A stretch of DNA of 64,000 bases, taken from Bdellovibrionota bacterium. GTDB lineage: Bacteria; Bdellovibrionota_G; JALEGL01; DATDPG01. Where the stretch lies: assembly GCA_963668355.1 (NCBI GenBank), contig OY764265.1, positions 1,920,001-1,984,000 on the forward strand, read 5' to 3'. Positions 11,251 through 20,487 of this stretch are shown here, one piece after another; position 1 is the stretch's first letter; each line of letters begins with the position of its first letter. The notes beneath the pieces are model-generated. The model was not told where the DNA came from and made no database searches. It worked only from the letters and a program-made list of their open reading frames with translations. The translations under genes were made by a program, and so were the position numbers.

Positions 11251-13092
11251 ATGCGCCGTCTTTGTTCCCTCTTTACAAATCTCTTTCTTAACGTAGGAAG
11301 GCATATCGTGTGTTGGAACTTTTTCATGGCGATTACGCTCGTCGGGACTTTGGGCCTTGTTCTCATATCTGGGGAAACCGGATTGGGGGCTGAAGCCAGG
11401 GTTGGAAACGAAATTTGCCCGTCCATCTACCTCAGCCCAGGGACCCATTTGTCGTTTTCCCGTAACGAACGTCGCTTTATCTGTGGATTTGACCAATCGG
11501 CCCCATGGAAAGAGATCCCATTTAATCAAGTTAAGTTTTTGCTGAAACCCTTTCTGCAGGATCAGGGCTATCATGAGCCATCCTTCACCCTCGAAGACGA
11601 TAAGCTCATCGTCGATCCGGGTAAGAAATTTCTCGTTGAAAAGGTTACGAAAGAAGGTTTTTCGAAACCATTTCCCAATCTTGTCAAACGTCGCTTCCTG
11701 GAGGGCGTCGTTCTCACTCCATCCTATCTCGATGAATTGGAGTCTTGGGGCGTTTTTGAATTGCAAAAAAATTCTTACCCCTGCGCCCGTGTGAACACGC
11801 GAGCCTTGATTCCCTCGGGTGAAGTTTCCATGCAGATCCAAAGTGGATCGTTGATTCCCTATCCTGAAATCCAACGGCAAGAAATCGATGATTTGTCGCT
11901 TGGTGTACTGGATCGGTTTTACGCGTTTCACCCAGGAGATTCCTACAATGCCATTCTTAATCAACTCACGACCCAGCGCATGGAAGAAGACGGAATCGTA
12001 CAAACGGCTCATCTCATCTCAAAATGCAAGGACGAGCGTTCTTCTCTAAACCTTCGAGAAGAAATCATTCCGGGAGAACCCCGCGTATTTCGTTTCGGAG
12101 TGGGGGCCGATACCGAGGGGCTGGTGTTGACACGCACAAATTTTACAGTTCACCGCTTGAACTCGCTTGGAACGAAATATGAAATCGATCTTTATGCCTC
12201 TTTTCTTGAACAAAGAATCAAGACGGGGTTTGACTGGTTCTTCCTTCGACCCCCCTCTCGCCTTTACCTACGTCCGGAGTTTTCCCTGGCCCACCAAAAA
12301 GAAGACCAATTCGAAACCTTTACAGCCAGCGTCTCCATGGGGCCCTATGTTTCGTGGGATCATTCTTGGGGAAGAGGCCTCTTTGGCTTGGTGCCAGACT
12401 GGAGTCGCATTCAAACCTTTGAAGGAGCCCAAAAGGGAGTCACAACGTTTCTCTCAGGCATTCTCAAGTTGAGTCTCATGTCGCACCAATACGAATATTA
12501 TCGTGCTTCTCCTCAAACCGGATACGCTTTCGAATTCCATGCAAGGTTCAGTCGTCGTGGCCTTTTTTCAGATGTGACCGCGCAAAGGCTTTCTTTTTCG
12601 GGTGAGCATCTCTGGAATGTGGCTTCACTTAGCCCTCCGCTTCTTGTTTTGGGCATGCGCTACCGACTGCGCACAACGATTGCAGATCGCAATGACCCCA
12701 ACTTTCTCCGCTTGCCTCCCCAGTTTGTTCACTATCTCGGAGGATCTCAGGACTTAAGGGGGTTCGGCCGGAATGAGCTTCCCCTTGAGGTCAACCCCAA
12801 TCGCACGGGATCCCTAAGTTCTGCCTACCTGGGGTTTGAGGCGCGTTTTGTGGAAATTCTTCCGTTCTCGATTGAACCGTTTTTATTCGCTGATTTTGGG
12901 GCCTCGGGCAATGAACAATTTGATCTGAATAAGCCCATTTTTTGGAACCCGGGAATCGGCCTTCGATGGGAATCACCCATTGGCGTGTTAAGAGGAACCT
13001 ATGCGCATGGGTTCATGATTGGAAATAGAGATCCGGCCAACGATACGCTAACTCATCATCAGTTCTATTTTAGTTTTGGGGAGGAATTCTGA
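11251..13092 (+). CDS. tamA: Omp85-family TamA-like outer-membrane translocase (start uncertain)
   Basis: LGGSQDLRGF, GIGLRWESPIG, C-terminal FSFGEEF; directly upstream of a TamB-like gene. Confidence 0.8.
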   Translation: MRRLCSLFTNLFLNVGRHIVCWNFFMAITLVGTLGLVLISGETGLGAEARVGNEICPSIYLSPGTHLSFSRNERRFICGFDQSAPWKEIPFNQVKFLLKPFLQDQGYHEPSFTLEDDKLIVDPGKKFLVEKVTKEGFSKPFPNLVKRRFLEGVVLTPSYLDELESWGVFELQKNSYPCARVNTRALIPSGEVSMQIQSGSLIPYPEIQRQEIDDLSLGVLDRFYAFHPGDSYNAILNQLTTQRMEEDGIVQTAHLISKCKDERSSLNLREEIIPGEPRVFRFGVGADTEGLVLTRTNFTVHRLNSLGTKYEIDLYASFLEQRIKTGFDWFFLRPPSRLYLRPEFSLAHQKEDQFETFTASVSMGPYVSWDHSWGRGLFGLVPDWSRIQTFEGAQKGVTTFLSGILKLSLMSHQYEYYRASPQTGYAFEFHARFSRRGLFSDVTAQRLSFSGEHLWNVASLSPPLLVLGMRYRLRTTIADRNDPNFLRLPPQFVHYLGGSQDLRGFGRNELPLEVNPNRTGSLSSAYLGFEARFVEILPFSIEPFLFADFGASGNEQFDLNKPIFWNPGIGLRWESPIGVLRGTYAHGFMIGNRDPANDTLTHHQFYFSFGEEF

Positions 13093-13094
13093 GG

Positions 13095-15473
13095 ATGAGG
13101 CTCAAGCACGTTCTATCTTCAAGCTTGATTCTTGTTGGCGTGGTGTTCGCCACTTACCCTGTTTCATGTAAAGCCGGGATTCTCGATTATTTTGGAGACA
13201 AGGCTGCAGAGGCACTACAGGCATACTTACAAAGGGATGGCATTGATCTCTCATGGAAGAATTTTTCCAGTGAGAAAACAGGTGACGGAATTTTCACCCA
13301 AGATTGGATGTTTTCGGCAGATGATGTTTGCGTAGAGACTCAAAGCGTTCTGGCCAAGGTTTGTTTTAGCCAAATTCATGCTGCCATCCAATGGAAAATC
13401 CAACTGGGCATTCCAGCCATAAAAAAGATTGGCCCGATTGCGTTCAAAGGGGGAAGGGTCCAGCTTCAATCAACGCCTTCCTCGAAAACAAAATCAGTCG
13501 ATCTAAAGCAGGAGGCGGAGCCCATTCGCACATTTGATCTGAGTTTGCTGACCCTTCCTGAGATGCTTCAACATACGCATTTCGAAAAGGTACAGGTTGA
13601 CGTTCCGTCGATTCGTTGGGAACAAGCTAAGAGTAAAGTCTTTGTGGGTAACGCGTCTCTCTTAATGGAGCCCGAAAAAGATTCGGTCGGTCCTTTTGTG
13701 TTTAACGTGATGCTTGAGAGTGAAAAATCCAAGGATCAAACGATCACTCTTGAGGGCAAATTCCACTCTGAAAGTCATTTTAGAGAAGGCGATTCTTCTT
13801 TGGAGTTGATCGCCAAGGCCAAACTTCCTGAACAAGGAAGCGGTAAGTTGGCCTTGAAACTTCGTACGCCCGGAAAAGCAAAACCTACAAAAGCCTCGGT
13901 GACACTTGAAGGTGCCTTCAAGAATCGCCAGGGCATCTTTGATCTTCAGGCGAAGGTGTTTGCTTCTAAGGATAATCTACAGGGAACGCTTTCAGGTGAT
14001 TTTAAGCCCCAAAAATTAAGCCTTCCAAAGTTGTCCTTCAATCAGTGCGACCTTTCACTGAAACACGACTTGGCGGCCATGCGCTGCCCCATGGTGGCCA
14101 CCCTTCCGAATCATGTAATTAAGAACCATGAAAAACTTGAACTCGATTTTCCCCACTCACTTCAAACAACTCTGCAGGTGAAGATTCGCCACGAAGGACT
14201 GGTTCCGCAACCATCGAGGTTTCGTACAACCAAAGTACAACTAGACATCCAGAGAATCGAAAATTCTTGGATGAAGCTGATGGGTACTCTTCGAGGCACC
14301 TTTTCTGGTCGGCTCGATCAGCCTGACAACATCAAAAAGTTTCTGAAGGGAAGTTTTGATTTGAAGGTGACTGAATTTCAAAAACTCGTGTCCGTGCTTG
14401 GGCGAGGTGACTTTGCCATTCCCGCACCCCTTAGAGAAATGAAAGGGTCATATTCACTCAACATACGTCCTCAGTTGAAAGATGCAGAAAAAACCATACG
14501 AGCTTTGTTTGAGTTCAAATCCAATCTGACTTCGGATCTGCAGGCGTTGCAGTTTACGATGCAGGGGAAAAGCGAACTCGATTTTCAGGGATGGAAACCC
14601 AAACGCTTAACAAACTCGATCGATGTCGACGTGGATCAAATTCGTCTCGTTTTGCCGCCGATCGATCCCTACCCGGTTCCGCAGTTTGGCCTCGATAATC
14701 GTTTTGTCTACTCGAAGGATCTTGAAGAGCGAGAATCAGAACCCGTGGAGGCAACCACCAAAACCTTTCCAGTAGACACCACCATTTCCGTGCGAACAAA
14801 GCACGAGGGGGGCATTGAGATTGTCAACCGAATCACCAAGAAACCCCTTCCCATCTCACTGAATGTACACATGGACCCCCTCCCACATTCACAAGGGTGG
14901 ATTCGAATCGGAAGGACCCCGTTGAACTTGTTTCGAAGAGATGCCTTTATCGAACATTTCGATGTCAATTTGAGGAATCCCACAGAAGAAAGTCTGGTGA
15001 AAGGTCGAGTGTCGGTAAACTATGTGGATTATCGTGTCCTCATAAACCTGGAGGGTACGCTCAAACAACCCAAGATTGTCATGCAATCCGAGCCGCCCTT
15101 ACCGGAAGAAGATATTATTTCTGTGCTCATCTATGGAGAACCGCTCTCGAATCTCGATTCTTCTGATTCCGGTTCGGTGGGAAAACTCGGCGCTGCAATT
15201 GCGGACCGTGCGGTAACCCTATTTTCTCTTTATCTTTTTGCCTCCACGCCCATTCAAAGCGTGGGCTACAATCCCGAAACCGGAAAAGTGTCCGCCCGAA
15301 TGAAACTCGCCGAGGGAACGTCCCTGGTGTTGGGGTCAAGCTCAGAAGGGCAGGAAGCCGGCATACGACGGAGATTGGGATATGGTTGGTACCTCACCTC
15401 GCTCTACCACTCGTCTTCGGGACATGACTCCAGCCGTGTGTCTGCCCTCCTCGAATGGCTCAAACGCTTTTAA
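13095..15473 (+). CDS. tamB: TamB-like translocation/assembly module protein
   Basis: Beta-rich body; C-terminal GTLKQPKIVMQSEPPLPEEDIISVLIYG motif; ends ...EWLKRF. Confidence 0.75.
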   Translation: MRLKHVLSSSLILVGVVFATYPVSCKAGILDYFGDKAAEALQAYLQRDGIDLSWKNFSSEKTGDGIFTQDWMFSADDVCVETQSVLAKVCFSQIHAAIQWKIQLGIPAIKKIGPIAFKGGRVQLQSTPSSKTKSVDLKQEAEPIRTFDLSLLTLPEMLQHTHFEKVQVDVPSIRWEQAKSKVFVGNASLLMEPEKDSVGPFVFNVMLESEKSKDQTITLEGKFHSESHFREGDSSLELIAKAKLPEQGSGKLALKLRTPGKAKPTKASVTLEGAFKNRQGIFDLQAKVFASKDNLQGTLSGDFKPQKLSLPKLSFNQCDLSLKHDLAAMRCPMVATLPNHVIKNHEKLELDFPHSLQTTLQVKIRHEGLVPQPSRFRTTKVQLDIQRIENSWMKLMGTLRGTFSGRLDQPDNIKKFLKGSFDLKVTEFQKLVSVLGRGDFAIPAPLREMKGSYSLNIRPQLKDAEKTIRALFEFKSNLTSDLQALQFTMQGKSELDFQGWKPKRLTNSIDVDVDQIRLVLPPIDPYPVPQFGLDNRFVYSKDLEERESEPVEATTKTFPVDTTISVRTKHEGGIEIVNRITKKPLPISLNVHMDPLPHSQGWIRIGRTPLNLFRRDAFIEHFDVNLRNPTEESLVKGRVSVNYVDYRVLINLEGTLKQPKIVMQSEPPLPEEDIISVLIYGEPLSNLDSSDSGSVGKLGAAIADRAVTLFSLYLFASTPIQSVGYNPETGKVSARMKLAEGTSLVLGSSSEGQEAGIRRRLGYGWYLTSLYHSSSGHDSSRVSALLEWLKRF

Positions 15474-15550
15474 ACAACCCCCGAGTTCCGGTCCGAGGCT
15501 TAATCATCTCTTCACTTGGGTGTGGCGTGCCCGTGTGATATTTATGCGGC

Positions 15551-16147
15551 ATGTCAGCTTATAAGGTTATTGCGTGTGGGTTTTTGGTTTTTAGTGTCAG
15601 CTTGGGAGGAATGGCGAAAGCTGAAACCCAAAAGGATTTAAAACGTTGCCCAGAAAAAATTGTGAAGGAAATGCCAAAAGCTGCGGCTTGGCTTAATTTA
15701 TTTCGGGAAGCCCACTGTATGGGGGATCGTCGAGATCGAACCGAAGATCTGCCTGAACTAATTTCAGCCGATGCGTGTTTTGAGGTGGCGAAAGCGGCAA
15801 AAGACCTGATGGTTTTTCATGAACTTGAACGAATCGAAACCCCTCCCGATGTGGATGTTTCTGAACTCGGAGATGAAATTTACCATGTGGATCACACAGC
15901 CTCTCTTCGATGCGAAGAGTTGTCTCGGAGTAGCTGCGTGCCTCAGACTGAACAGTCATTTAGTCTTGTTCCGGATCGCGGCGAACCTGACCAGGTGAGT
16001 GATTTAAAACAGGCTGCATGCTTGGAAGCCACGCTGGACGTGGTGGACGAGCTGCGAGACGATTTATGCGCGCTCGTGGAGCAGAGGGCCTTGGCTTGGT
16101 GCGAGTTGCAGAAAAAGGTGAAAGAAGCCTTGCTCAATCGGGAATAG
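15551..16147 (+). CDS. Hypothetical secreted Cys-rich helical protein
   Basis: Signal peptide ending AKA; several regularly spaced Cys. Confidence 0.6.
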   Translation: MSAYKVIACGFLVFSVSLGGMAKAETQKDLKRCPEKIVKEMPKAAAWLNLFREAHCMGDRRDRTEDLPELISADACFEVAKAAKDLMVFHELERIETPPDVDVSELGDEIYHVDHTASLRCEELSRSSCVPQTEQSFSLVPDRGEPDQVSDLKQAACLEATLDVVDELRDDLCALVEQRALAWCELQKKVKEALLNRE

Positions 16148-16240
16148 CCCGCCAAATCCACGTCCGCTTAAGGATGTTCACCGTTTTTCCCCCGAGGCAT
16201 CTTCCGAATAGATATCCCTTATTTAGGTGCCAGTGGAGAG

Positions 16241-16340
16241 CCTAAGATTTAACGCAACACTCTGAAGGAAGTAGAGAGTGAGGCGGAGAATCAATGAAAG
16301 GCTATAAGCGGATTGCGTTAGAGGAACGAGAGGAAATCAA
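16241..16340 (+). mobile_element. Probable IS30-family left-end remnant (IR-like sequence plus first ~15 transposase codons)
   Basis: ...AACGCAACAC resembles IS30 IR inner ends; ATG 16294 gives MKGYKRIALEEREEI, like IS30 N-terminal HTH starts, then similarity is lost (stop at 16416). Confidence 0.5.
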
Positions 16341-16383
16341 CACCCCTTCTCACTTTTCTAGGTTTTGGCCCCGTGTGAAACAG

Positions 16384-18708
16384 TCACCTTCTTGGGGTGG
16401 CGCCGCCTCGAGCTAGATCGACCATATCCAGATTTAAAGTAATTCGAAGGGCTTCGCGAGCCGTTTTGATATGGTAGCGAAGCATTTCTCGAGAGCTGAG
16501 CAAAACCGTCTCTTCGGCGTGAGCTCTAGAAATGACTTGAAGCGACCATTGAAGGCGAGGGGAAAGTCCAAGCGACACTTTCTCCGCCTTCAAAAGGGCT
16601 TGAATTTCACTTGGAGCCATTCCAAAAGAAACTCCAGGATAGAATTCTTGAACCGTGCCATAAGCGTACCTCAATCGGCTCCATCGGAAGGTTACCGAAG
16701 TGGTTCGAGGAATTCCCGCAAACAACACCCCCGCAGCTAAACCAAACGCCAAATCGTCTACTAATGTCGATCCACCTCTTCCCGCAGCAATGCCATGACT
16801 GGCGAAACGATTTTGAGGATCCACTTCACCAAGGATCATTTGTACAGCGGTTGATGTCATATGTCCTATCCAAAGGGTTAGCATTGCCCAAGTAAACCCG
16901 ATCACCAAAGGTTGTAAGGCTGGGTTGGAAGAAGCTAAGGCAAAAGCCACCAATCCAACCATCATAAAGGCCGTCTCAGTTTTATGATCTTGAACAAACC
17001 ATTTTAACCGATGTCCCATATTTTTTACTCGAGCCTTGAACGTATGATTCCGGTAGGCGTCCGCAATCCACTTAATTTCCCCATTCGTGCGATAGGCCTG
17101 TTCAGCCAAACCTCGATCTGCTCGAACCCCAAGCATCGACTGTGCTTGTTCGTTTTCAAAAATCATATTTAAGGCCGCTAGGTATTCGTGGACAAAAGAC
17201 TCCAACACACTTCCGAAAACGCATTGCTCTTGGCACTGCCTTGAAACTCGCTGTGCTGTTTCTTCGAGCCAGTGGTGAAAACTTAAGACCTCTGATTCTG
17301 ACAAGTAGGGGATGAGTTCGTTGATTCCCTTCAAGGCCTCCGAGAGCGGGAGTCGCCAATACCAAAAACGTCGATCCTTTGATGTGCTGTCCCTTGGTAT
17401 TTCCCCTTTGCGCCTAACCCAATCCGGCATTCGATCCAAATCCAACGTCGCCACCTTAAAGAAATCTCCTAGAACCTGCGGATGTTGAAGCTTGTAGAGA
17501 CCTTCGATGGCCAATTGGTATTCCCTGGCCCGAGCCTTGAGACGTCCTTCGTCGGCCTCAATATTTAGAACCGTATCCGTCTCATCCTCAGCCTTAAAGC
17601 GATCTATTACGGATGCATAATCTTCCTCCAAAAGGCGATCCAGCTCGGCTCGAAAACTATCTACTCGACGATCCATCGCATAACGCACTCGCAAGAAAAA
17701 CTCTCGCCAACGTTGCATGAGCATTTCGTGCTGCTGGACTTCTTCTGCTTGGGAAAGCATTCGAGCCATTCCCAAAACAATTCGTTGTTCTCCCTCCGTT
17801 ACGCCTCGAGAAAAAAAATCACCTCGCCCAAGCATTAAATTGAGGGTCTTTTCCTCTCGTTCAACAAACGCAAAAAACAGTTCCTCAAAACCCCGTGCAA
17901 ACGCAGGGGGCGTAACCCCTTTTAGCGAAGTAACGCTCCCCAAACCGTCTACCGAATGTCTTGAAAAGGACGGAAGAAGCGATCTTTTTTGAATTTTTGG
18001 GGCTCGAGCTAACGGCAAATAAAGACGCACAATCCGCTGAGCTCTCAGAAGAGCTGCATAGTACTCAACAAAATATTGAGGAGCTTGCTTCCAGGTCTTT
18101 CCTGCCTCCGATTGAAGAGCGTCTGTTTTTGACTCATCAAGCCTTGCCTTAGCCACCAACATCGAAACGGCTAAGTCCAACTCATCCATTTGGCGAAAGA
18201 TCGACAGCGGACTTTCTTGAATTTGAGCTTTGACCATGTCTCGTCCATAGCCGCAAGCCACACCCAACATGGGAATCGACAAAGGATGCTCCCCTCCATC
18301 ATCACGCAGCTTCATCTTCAAAAAAACGTCGAATCCATTCTGTTCCAATTGTTTTAGCGAAAAATAAGGAAAGAGAACGCTTTGAAGAATCTTAACTTGT
18401 CCAATCGGCTCAGCACCGGAAAGCTGTTCAAACAAAAAGCGAGCTTTTGCTTTGGCCCTGACAGAAGGTGGTTCTCGTTCAAACTCGAAAAGCGTCTGTT
18501 TTCTCTCCACTTTCAGCCAATGACGAAAATCGATTTCCCAGTGAGTGTAGGGTCGATCCATTAACATTCCCGAAAGCGTTTCCGAAGCCGGTTGATAGCA
18601 AAGTGAATCGTCCAAAACCCAAGGGATCGGGTTTCCATATGCATTCACAGCACTGATCGCAGAAAAAACAGCGACGACAAGCCAGGTCGATATTTGGTGC
18701 CTAAACAT
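16384..18708 (-). CDS. Large secreted orphan helical protein with C-terminal hydrophobic segments
   Basis: MFRHQ signal peptide (NAYG); long uninterrupted ORF; 2-3 hydrophobic helices near the C-terminus. Confidence 0.7.
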   Translation of the reverse strand: MFRHQISTWLVVAVFSAISAVNAYGNPIPWVLDDSLCYQPASETLSGMLMDRPYTHWEIDFRHWLKVERKQTLFEFEREPPSVRAKAKARFLFEQLSGAEPIGQVKILQSVLFPYFSLKQLEQNGFDVFLKMKLRDDGGEHPLSIPMLGVACGYGRDMVKAQIQESPLSIFRQMDELDLAVSMLVAKARLDESKTDALQSEAGKTWKQAPQYFVEYYAALLRAQRIVRLYLPLARAPKIQKRSLLPSFSRHSVDGLGSVTSLKGVTPPAFARGFEELFFAFVEREEKTLNLMLGRGDFFSRGVTEGEQRIVLGMARMLSQAEEVQQHEMLMQRWREFFLRVRYAMDRRVDSFRAELDRLLEEDYASVIDRFKAEDETDTVLNIEADEGRLKARAREYQLAIEGLYKLQHPQVLGDFFKVATLDLDRMPDWVRRKGEIPRDSTSKDRRFWYWRLPLSEALKGINELIPYLSESEVLSFHHWLEETAQRVSRQCQEQCVFGSVLESFVHEYLAALNMIFENEQAQSMLGVRADRGLAEQAYRTNGEIKWIADAYRNHTFKARVKNMGHRLKWFVQDHKTETAFMMVGLVAFALASSNPALQPLVIGFTWAMLTLWIGHMTSTAVQMILGEVDPQNRFASHGIAAGRGGSTLVDDLAFGLAAGVLFAGIPRTTSVTFRWSRLRYAYGTVQEFYPGVSFGMAPSEIQALLKAEKVSLGLSPRLQWSLQVISRAHAEETVLLSSREMLRYHIKTAREALRITLNLDMVDLARGGATPRR

Positions 18709-18724
18709 GAACTCGACCTTAGGT

Positions 18725-18740
18725 AGCAATTAACATGCCG
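18725..18740 (-). promoter_or_regulatory. Putative sigma54 promoter for the 16384-18708 gene
   Basis: Minus strand CGGCATGTTAATTGCT (GG-N10-GC). Confidence 0.55.
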
Positions 18741-18931
18741 CCCTCAATACGACTTCGTTAAACCGAACCTTCGCAACTCCTTGGGATTGAACGATTTATT
18801 TGGCCGAAGCACCCGAACTCATCAATTTAAGTGCCTTAGATGTCGCAGACCCGCGGCTTTACGTCCCCATAAAAGCCATTCTTGGTTCGACCCATTGTTT
18901 AGAAAAAACAAGGTCTTAGAGATCTGGTGGA

Positions 18932-18948
18932 TTGGCATATCTGTTGCT
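18932..18948 (+). promoter_or_regulatory. Putative sigma54 promoter for the 18989-20191 gene
   Basis: TTGGCATATCTGTTGCT, near-consensus -24/-12. Confidence 0.7.
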
Positions 18949-18988
18949 CACACGAGGCCTGCCTAGGGTTAAAGGCAAGAGTACTAAG

Positions 18989-20191
18989 ATGTGTCGAGCA
19001 ATTATAAAAACACTTTCTTTCGCTTTGGTCGTGATGTTTTCCTTCAATGCCTTTGGAGGAAGCCTACCTCGAATCATGAAGCTTCCCCACTACCTGGGAC
19101 GTTTGGCTCGATTCATTCAAGTTCACAATGACCCTTTAGCTTTTAAAAATCCTGCCGATGAACTCATGCGTGGAGTTATCGATGATGCTTTTTCCCATCG
19201 CGATCGCTGGCTATTTCGCCTTGCTGCCGATGCTCCCACCATGGAGCAAGGAGCCTTGCACCTTTCGCAAATGAGCCCAACAGCCAAAGAAATGTTGTTG
19301 AGACGACATGGAGCCAAGTGGCAAACCGATGAAATGTATCACCTGGGTCTAGCCGAGCGCATTACCGAATTGACCAAAGCGCAGAAAGACGAAGCCCTGG
19401 CAAACCTTCGTTTTCGTTTAGAAGATGAGGCCCACATCATCGACGATGACCTTCTCCGCGCCCTGTACACCGAACAGATCGACGATGTGGACTTTGTTGG
19501 CGAAGTAGAAAGACTAGATGTCAACGATGCCAGGGTTGCATTCACAGAACAAATCATGAATTACGCCAAAAGGGTCTTGAGTGAAGATTCCTTCGATGAA
19601 ATCCTGGGGCTATTACAAGATCTTCATATGGCCGATTACGGTGAAGGCATCTTCCTTCCTTTATTTGACCGCGCCGTCTACGGAACAACGCATGAAATCG
19701 ACCTGTTGAAACATCCCTTGCGCTACGTAGACAATTGGGAAAGTACGCCTCCACACATTCAAGGCGAGATTTTGCATTCCTGTTTTGACAACGTAATTTT
19801 GGCATTGGAAAAGGCCGGAGTCATAGAAGTCGTTCGACTTACCAAGAAGCCCATAGGGGTCCCGATTGTCGGGTCGATTGAACTTCGAGTTCTTCCACCT
19901 CGCAAACCAAACAACCCCCATGAGCAGATCGGGTTTAAAGATTGGAAAGACATTCGAGAACTAACCACCTGGTTTCTATCTCACGTTGGAGAAAAGGGAT
20001 TAGGAGATATTATTAAGGCTTATCGCAAAAAACTGAGTGAAAGCCAGACCCACTTCGATGACCCCTCTCTCGTTCACCTAATTGAAGCTTCTAAAACGCC
20101 GAACATCAACTATGCCGAGCGAGCAGATGAGCTTTTCAGGGCCCTCAATCCCATCATAAGCAGAATCGAAGACATCTACGATGTTTACTAG
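18989..20191 (+). CDS. Secreted orphan alpha-helical protein
   Basis: MCRAIIK... signal peptide ending AFG; 400-codon ORF. Confidence 0.7.
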   Translation: MCRAIIKTLSFALVVMFSFNAFGGSLPRIMKLPHYLGRLARFIQVHNDPLAFKNPADELMRGVIDDAFSHRDRWLFRLAADAPTMEQGALHLSQMSPTAKEMLLRRHGAKWQTDEMYHLGLAERITELTKAQKDEALANLRFRLEDEAHIIDDDLLRALYTEQIDDVDFVGEVERLDVNDARVAFTEQIMNYAKRVLSEDSFDEILGLLQDLHMADYGEGIFLPLFDRAVYGTTHEIDLLKHPLRYVDNWESTPPHIQGEILHSCFDNVILALEKAGVIEVVRLTKKPIGVPIVGSIELRVLPPRKPNNPHEQIGFKDWKDIRELTTWFLSHVGEKGLGDIIKAYRKKLSESQTHFDDPSLVHLIEASKTPNINYAERADELFRALNPIISRIEDIYDVY

Positions 20192-20212
20192 AAGCTGCGC
20201 ACTCATCCTCTG

Positions 20213-20413
20213 AATTTGGGGACAGTATATAGATTTTCCAACCTGCTGGTACAGGGGGTTTGCGGGATAGTATAAGAAGCTCTGGATCATTTGCCTTTAA
20301 CACCTATCGGTCTCATATATCCATTCAGTAGGACTTTTAAAAATGAGATACTGTCCCCAGATTCGGCTTTGTTATGTGGATCAAGGACTAATTAAGTATA
20401 CTGTCCCCTGATT
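20213..20413. repeat. Three copies of a GGGGACAGTAT-core repeat (one opposed to the other two)
   Basis: AATTTGGGGACAGTAT 20213-20228; ATACTGTCCCCAGATT 20348-20363; ATACTGTCCCCTGATT 20398-20413. Confidence 0.75.
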
Positions 20414-20487
20414 TCTAAAAGAAGTGCGGAAAACGGAAAGAAACCACTGGCCCAAAAATAAAGGTGCACGGGGTTATTGTAGTGGGG

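Noticed and set aside
20213..20413. CRISPR array
   Set aside because: Only three short copies, mixed orientation, irregular spacing, no cas genes
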